Shown here one piece after another: positions 60,430 to 64,000 of a stretch of 64,000 bases of DNA. The first letter of the stretch is position 1. Every line of letters starts with the position of its first letter. Origin of the DNA: Candidatus Eiseniibacteriota bacterium. Its GTDB lineage: Bacteria; Eisenbacteria; RBG-16-71-46; CAVPCR01. The stretch lies in NCBI GenBank assembly GCA_963823555.1, contig CAWGMA010000002.1:480001-544000 (forward strand), given 5' to 3'. The translations under genes and the position numbers were made by a program. Below the pieces are notes generated by a model that ran no database searches, was not told the origin of the DNA, and saw only the letters and a list, made by a program, of their open reading frames with translations.

Positions 60430-61782
60430 TTGCACATTGTCATCGTCGGCGGCGGGCTCGTGGGTTCCACGCTCTCTTCGCGGTTGTCCCGTGATGGGCA
60501 CGATGTCGTGCTCATCGAGGAGAACACGCGCCGGGCTCGTGAGCTCTCCGAGTCGCTCGACACCCGCGTCATCGAGGGCAGCGGGGCCACCGCCGAGAGG
60601 CTGCGCCAGGCCGATGCGAAGAAGGCCGGTCTCGTCGTCGCCACCACCGACCACGACGAAGTGAATCTCGTGGTCGGGTTGCTCGCGGCCAGCCTCTTCG
60701 AGGTCCCGACCATCGTCATCCGCATCCGCGAGAGCGAGAACGAGGAGGCCTTCGCCGCGCTTGCGCGCCAGCATCCCGGGCGGCGCCTGATCTGCGTCAA
60801 CCCCGGGGCCGCCGCCGTCGACCGCATCTGCGCCCTCCTCGAGGTGCCCGGGGCGCTCGACGTCGTCTCATTCCTCGACGGGGAAGTGTTCGTGGCCGGC
60901 TTCCGCATCAGCCCCGACTCGGACTTCGCCGGCTTTCCCGTCTCGCACATGCATCTGCTCTTCGCCAACACCCCGACCCTCGTCGTCGCCATCCAGCGCC
61001 GCGACGAGTGGATCATCCCGCATGGGGCCGAGCAGATGCTCGCCGGTGATGTCGCCTATTTCGTGATCGCGCGCAATCAGCTCGACAACGTGCTGACGCT
61101 CGTCGGCGCGCCGCGCGAGGCCCGCCACCGGGTGATGATCGCCGGCGCCTCGCCGGTGGGGATCCAGCTCGCGAAGCGGCTCGAGTCGCGAGAGATGCAG
61201 GTCATCCTCGTCGAGGAGAGCGCCGAGCTGGCTCGGGAAGCCGCCGACGTGCTCGGTGACACGCTCGTCGTTCACGGCGCCGTGACCGACCAGGCCATCC
61301 TCGAGGAAGAGGAGATCGAGCGCATCTCCACGTTCGTCGCCGTGACCGCCGATCACGAGACCAATCTCGTGGCCGGGCTCCTCGCCAAGCAGTTCGGCGC
61401 GCATCGGGCGTTCGCGCTCGTCGACAATCCGGCCCTCGCTCATCTCGTCGCCGAGATCGGCATCGACGCCATCATCAGCCCGCGTCTCCTGGCGGTGAGC
61501 CTCGCCATGCAGCACATCCGCGGCGGTCGCGTGCGCTCGGTGGCCGCGCTCCTGGAGGAGGAGATCGAGGTCGTCGAGGCCGAGGTCGCCGCCGGGGCGC
61601 GGCTCACGGCGCGGAATCTGGCCCAGCTCGACCTGCCGCGCGGCCTCCTCGTCGCGGCTCTGCGTCGTGGCGGGCGCATCCTGGTCCCGCGTGGTGGCGA
61701 CCGCGTGGAAGCCGGCGATGAGGTGCTCCTGATCGCCGATGTCGATCGCGTGCCGAAGATCGCATCCTTTCTCACCGCCTGA
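60430..61782 (+). CDS. trkA: Trk potassium uptake NAD-binding subunit
   Basis: Two RCK domains (IVIVGGGLVG; VMIAGA..VG), D.VNL, HETNL, ISPR. Confidence 0.95.
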   Translation: MHIVIVGGGLVGSTLSSRLSRDGHDVVLIEENTRRARELSESLDTRVIEGSGATAERLRQADAKKAGLVVATTDHDEVNLVVGLLAASLFEVPTIVIRIRESENEEAFAALARQHPGRRLICVNPGAAAVDRICALLEVPGALDVVSFLDGEVFVAGFRISPDSDFAGFPVSHMHLLFANTPTLVVAIQRRDEWIIPHGAEQMLAGDVAYFVIARNQLDNVLTLVGAPREARHRVMIAGASPVGIQLAKRLESREMQVILVEESAELAREAADVLGDTLVVHGAVTDQAILEEEEIERISTFVAVTADHETNLVAGLLAKQFGAHRAFALVDNPALAHLVAEIGIDAIISPRLLAVSLAMQHIRGGRVRSVAALLEEEIEVVEAEVAAGARLTARNLAQLDLPRGLLVAALRRGGRILVPRGGDRVEAGDEVLLIADVDRVPKIASFLTA

Positions 61783-61799
61783 CGGGGGAAGACCGCGGC

Positions 61800-63236
61800 G
61801 TGAATCTACGGCTCGACCTGCGAATCCTCGGCTGGCTCCTCGTCCTCCTCGGCATCTTCCAGCTGGTGCCCGCGGTGGCGGCGGTCATCTACCGGGAGTC
61901 CGTTCTGCCCTACCTCGCGAGTGCTTTGACCTCGGGGATCTCGGGGGCGGTCCTCGTCGTCGCCGTGCGCGCCCCCTCGACCACGCTCCGGCCGCGCGAC
62001 GGGTTCGTGGTCGTCGCCAGTGCCTGGTTCATCGCCTCGCTCTTCGGCGCCATTCCCTACACCGCCACCGGGGTGCTCGGTCCGGTGGATGCCATCTTCG
62101 AATCGGTGTCGGGGTTCACCACCACCGGCTCGACCGTGATGACCCGGATCGAGGGCAGTCCGCACGCGCTCCTCCTCTGGCGCTCCTTCACCCAGTGGCT
62201 CGGCGGGATGGGGATCATCCTCTTCACGATCGCCATCATGCCGATTCTCGGCATCGGTGGCATGCAGCTCTTCAAGGCCGAGGTGCCGGGACCGGTCGCC
62301 GACAAGCTGACTCCGCGTCTGGCCGAGACCGCGCGCCACCTGTGGATGGTCTATGTCGGGTTCACCACCGCCGAGTGCCTCGCGCTCCGTGTCGCCGGCA
62401 TGAGCTGGTTCGACGCGCTCTGCCATTCCTTCACCACGCTCGCCACCGGTGGGTTCTCGCCGCGCGACGCCTCGGTGGGGGCCTATGCCTCGCCCGCGAT
62501 CGAGTGGATCGTGAGCCTCTTCATGCTGATCGCCGCCATCAACTTCGTGCTCCACTACCGGCTGTTGCAGGGCCGTTGGCGCGATGTGCTCCGCGATGCC
62601 GAGCTCCGCTATTTCCTGCTCGTGATCGCAGTAGCTTGCGTCATCCTCCTCGTCGTGGTGCCGTGGGGCGGAATCGGGGCGGAACCGGCGCTCCGCACCG
62701 TCGTCTTCCAGGTGATCTCGATCGTGACGACCACGGGGTACGGCACGGCCGATTTCGAGTACTGGCCGAGCCTCGCCCAGCTCGTCCTCCTGCAGCTCAT
62801 GATCCTGGGCGGCATGGCGGGATCGACCGGGGGCGGCATCAAGAGCTTGAGGGCGCTCCTCGGGATCCGGGCTCTCATCTCGGTGGTGGGTCGGCTCCTC
62901 CATCCGCACGCCGTCGTCCCCATCAAGTACGCGGGGCGCGCCGTGCCGGCCGGGGTGCTGGCCGGAGTCTGGGCCTTCCTCACCGCCTACTTCGCGATCG
63001 CGCTGGTGGCGGCCGCCGTCACCGCCGCCGCCGGCTACGACCTCGTCACCGCCTTCTCGGCGTCGCTCACCGCGCTCAGCAACGTGGGTCCGGGGCTCGG
63101 GGAGATCGGCCCCGCCGAGAACTTCGCTCATTTCCCGCCGGCGGTGAAGCTCGTGCTCGCCCTCGCCATGCTCGCCGGCCGGCTCGAGATCTTCACCCTC
63201 CTCGTGCTCGTGCTGCCGGCGTTCTGGCGGCGCTAG
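61800..63236 (+). CDS. trkH: Trk potassium uptake membrane subunit
   Basis: FESVSGFTTTG, QWLGGMG, ATGGFS, TTTGY, GGMAGSTGGGIK, NVGPG, GRLE. Confidence 0.96.
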   Translation: MNLRLDLRILGWLLVLLGIFQLVPAVAAVIYRESVLPYLASALTSGISGAVLVVAVRAPSTTLRPRDGFVVVASAWFIASLFGAIPYTATGVLGPVDAIFESVSGFTTTGSTVMTRIEGSPHALLLWRSFTQWLGGMGIILFTIAIMPILGIGGMQLFKAEVPGPVADKLTPRLAETARHLWMVYVGFTTAECLALRVAGMSWFDALCHSFTTLATGGFSPRDASVGAYASPAIEWIVSLFMLIAAINFVLHYRLLQGRWRDVLRDAELRYFLLVIAVACVILLVVVPWGGIGAEPALRTVVFQVISIVTTTGYGTADFEYWPSLAQLVLLQLMILGGMAGSTGGGIKSLRALLGIRALISVVGRLLHPHAVVPIKYAGRAVPAGVLAGVWAFLTAYFAIALVAAAVTAAAGYDLVTAFSASLTALSNVGPGLGEIGPAENFAHFPPAVKLVLALAMLAGRLEIFTLLVLVLPAFWRR

Positions 63237-64000
63237 CGCCGGTTCTGCCTGAAGGCGCGCGCCGTGAGCACGGCGAGCGTGATCGCGGTCAGGGGCAGGA
63301 CGAAGAGGAGCATCGCCGACGAGAAGATGGGAAGCGCATCGTGGCGCGCTGTGGCGAGGACGAGGTAGAGGACATAGGCGCCGTAGTAGCCGAGAAAGAC
63401 GATGCCCTCCCAGCGCGCGATCGTGTAGCCGGTGTAGAAGATGGGGAGGCTGGCCACCGAGGCCGCCACCAGCGCCGGGATGTCGAAGGCGATGAGCGAG
63501 GGGGCCACGGTGAGCCCGCCGGGGGAGAAGAGGCTCGCCAGGCCGAGGATGGCGAGCACGTTGTAGATCGAGCTCCCGATCACGTTCCCGATCGCGATGT
63601 CGCGCTCGCCGCGCACGGTCGCGAGGATCGAGGTCGCCGCTTCCGGGAGCGAGGTGCCGGCGGCGACGATGGTGAGACCGATCACGACCTCGCTCACGCC
63701 GATCGCGCGCGCCACCGAGACTGCGCCGGCGACGAGCCAGTCCGCCCCGAGGACGAGGAGCGCGAGACCGGCGAGGACGAAGAAGATCTGGCGCGCGATC
63801 GCGCCCGCGCCCTCGGGCCTGAGCTTCGCGGCGGCGAACTCCTGCGCGTACTCGTCCTGGATCGCCGCCTTTTCCCGCCGGCCCTGCCGCACCACCCACA
63901 CCGTGTAGGCGACGAGGCCGAGGGTCATGATCGAACCCTCGATGAGGCCGAGCTTGCCGTTGGCGGTGAGCGGGATCAGGGCCAGCGCGCAGGCGATCAT
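63233..64000 (-). CDS. Calcium/sodium antiporter (CaCA, YrbG-like), 5'-truncated by window edge
   Basis: Alpha-repeat GLTIVAAGTSLPE and GNVIGSSIYN. Confidence 0.92.
   Translation of the reverse strand: MIACALALIPLTANGKLGLIEGSIMTLGLVAYTVWVVRQGRREKAAIQDEYAQEFAAAKLRPEGAGAIARQIFFVLAGLALLVLGADWLVAGAVSVARAIGVSEVVIGLTIVAAGTSLPEAATSILATVRGERDIAIGNVIGSSIYNVLAILGLASLFSPGGLTVAPSLIAFDIPALVAASVASLPIFYTGYTIARWEGIVFLGYYGAYVLYLVLATARHDALPIFSSAMLLFVLPLTAITLAVLTARAFRQNRR

Overview
High-GC, gene-dense bacterial chromosomal window with about 45 CDS. I found no rRNA, tRNA, CRISPR array or recognisable transposase/integrase. Several secreted proteins end in FlgD-Ig-like domains and one ends in a TWGxIK..Y tail, which suggests an FCB-associated candidate lineage such as Eisenbacteria, Krumholzibacteria or Latescibacteria (inference only). 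The main result is a ~12.4 kb minus-strand operon (about 23225 down to 10842) that the ORF track fragments because of many single-base indels. Reconstructed by hand, it encodes an NHL beta-propeller, an OmcS-like hexaheme cytochrome, a second hexaheme cytochrome, an outer-membrane beta-barrel, two paralogous lipoproteins, a small exported protein, a ~1070-aa cytochrome with 42 CxxCH motifs, and a GT-C-like/TPR membrane protein. A sigma-54 -24/-12 promoter and a consensus IHF site lie upstream. This looks like a cytochrome-nanowire / extracellular electron transfer locus outside Geobacter. The second result is an uncharacterised four-gene membrane module (DUF6754-like gene plus three partners) present as two divergent copies, 27921-31003 (+) and 39376-42837 (-). 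The rest includes peptidases (PepN, an M16 pair, PmbA/TldE, gingipain-like C25), AhpC, NUDIX, GNATs, a tRNA thiolase-like gene with TusA, an orphan Flp pilin, a histidine kinase, AddAB, a small nucleotidyltransferase pair, a SagB-type oxidoreductase, an LVIVD protein, an orphan HypA, TrkAH and a Ca/Na antiporter. Family names come from motif recognition, not database searches. The frameshifts are most likely long-read consensus errors.
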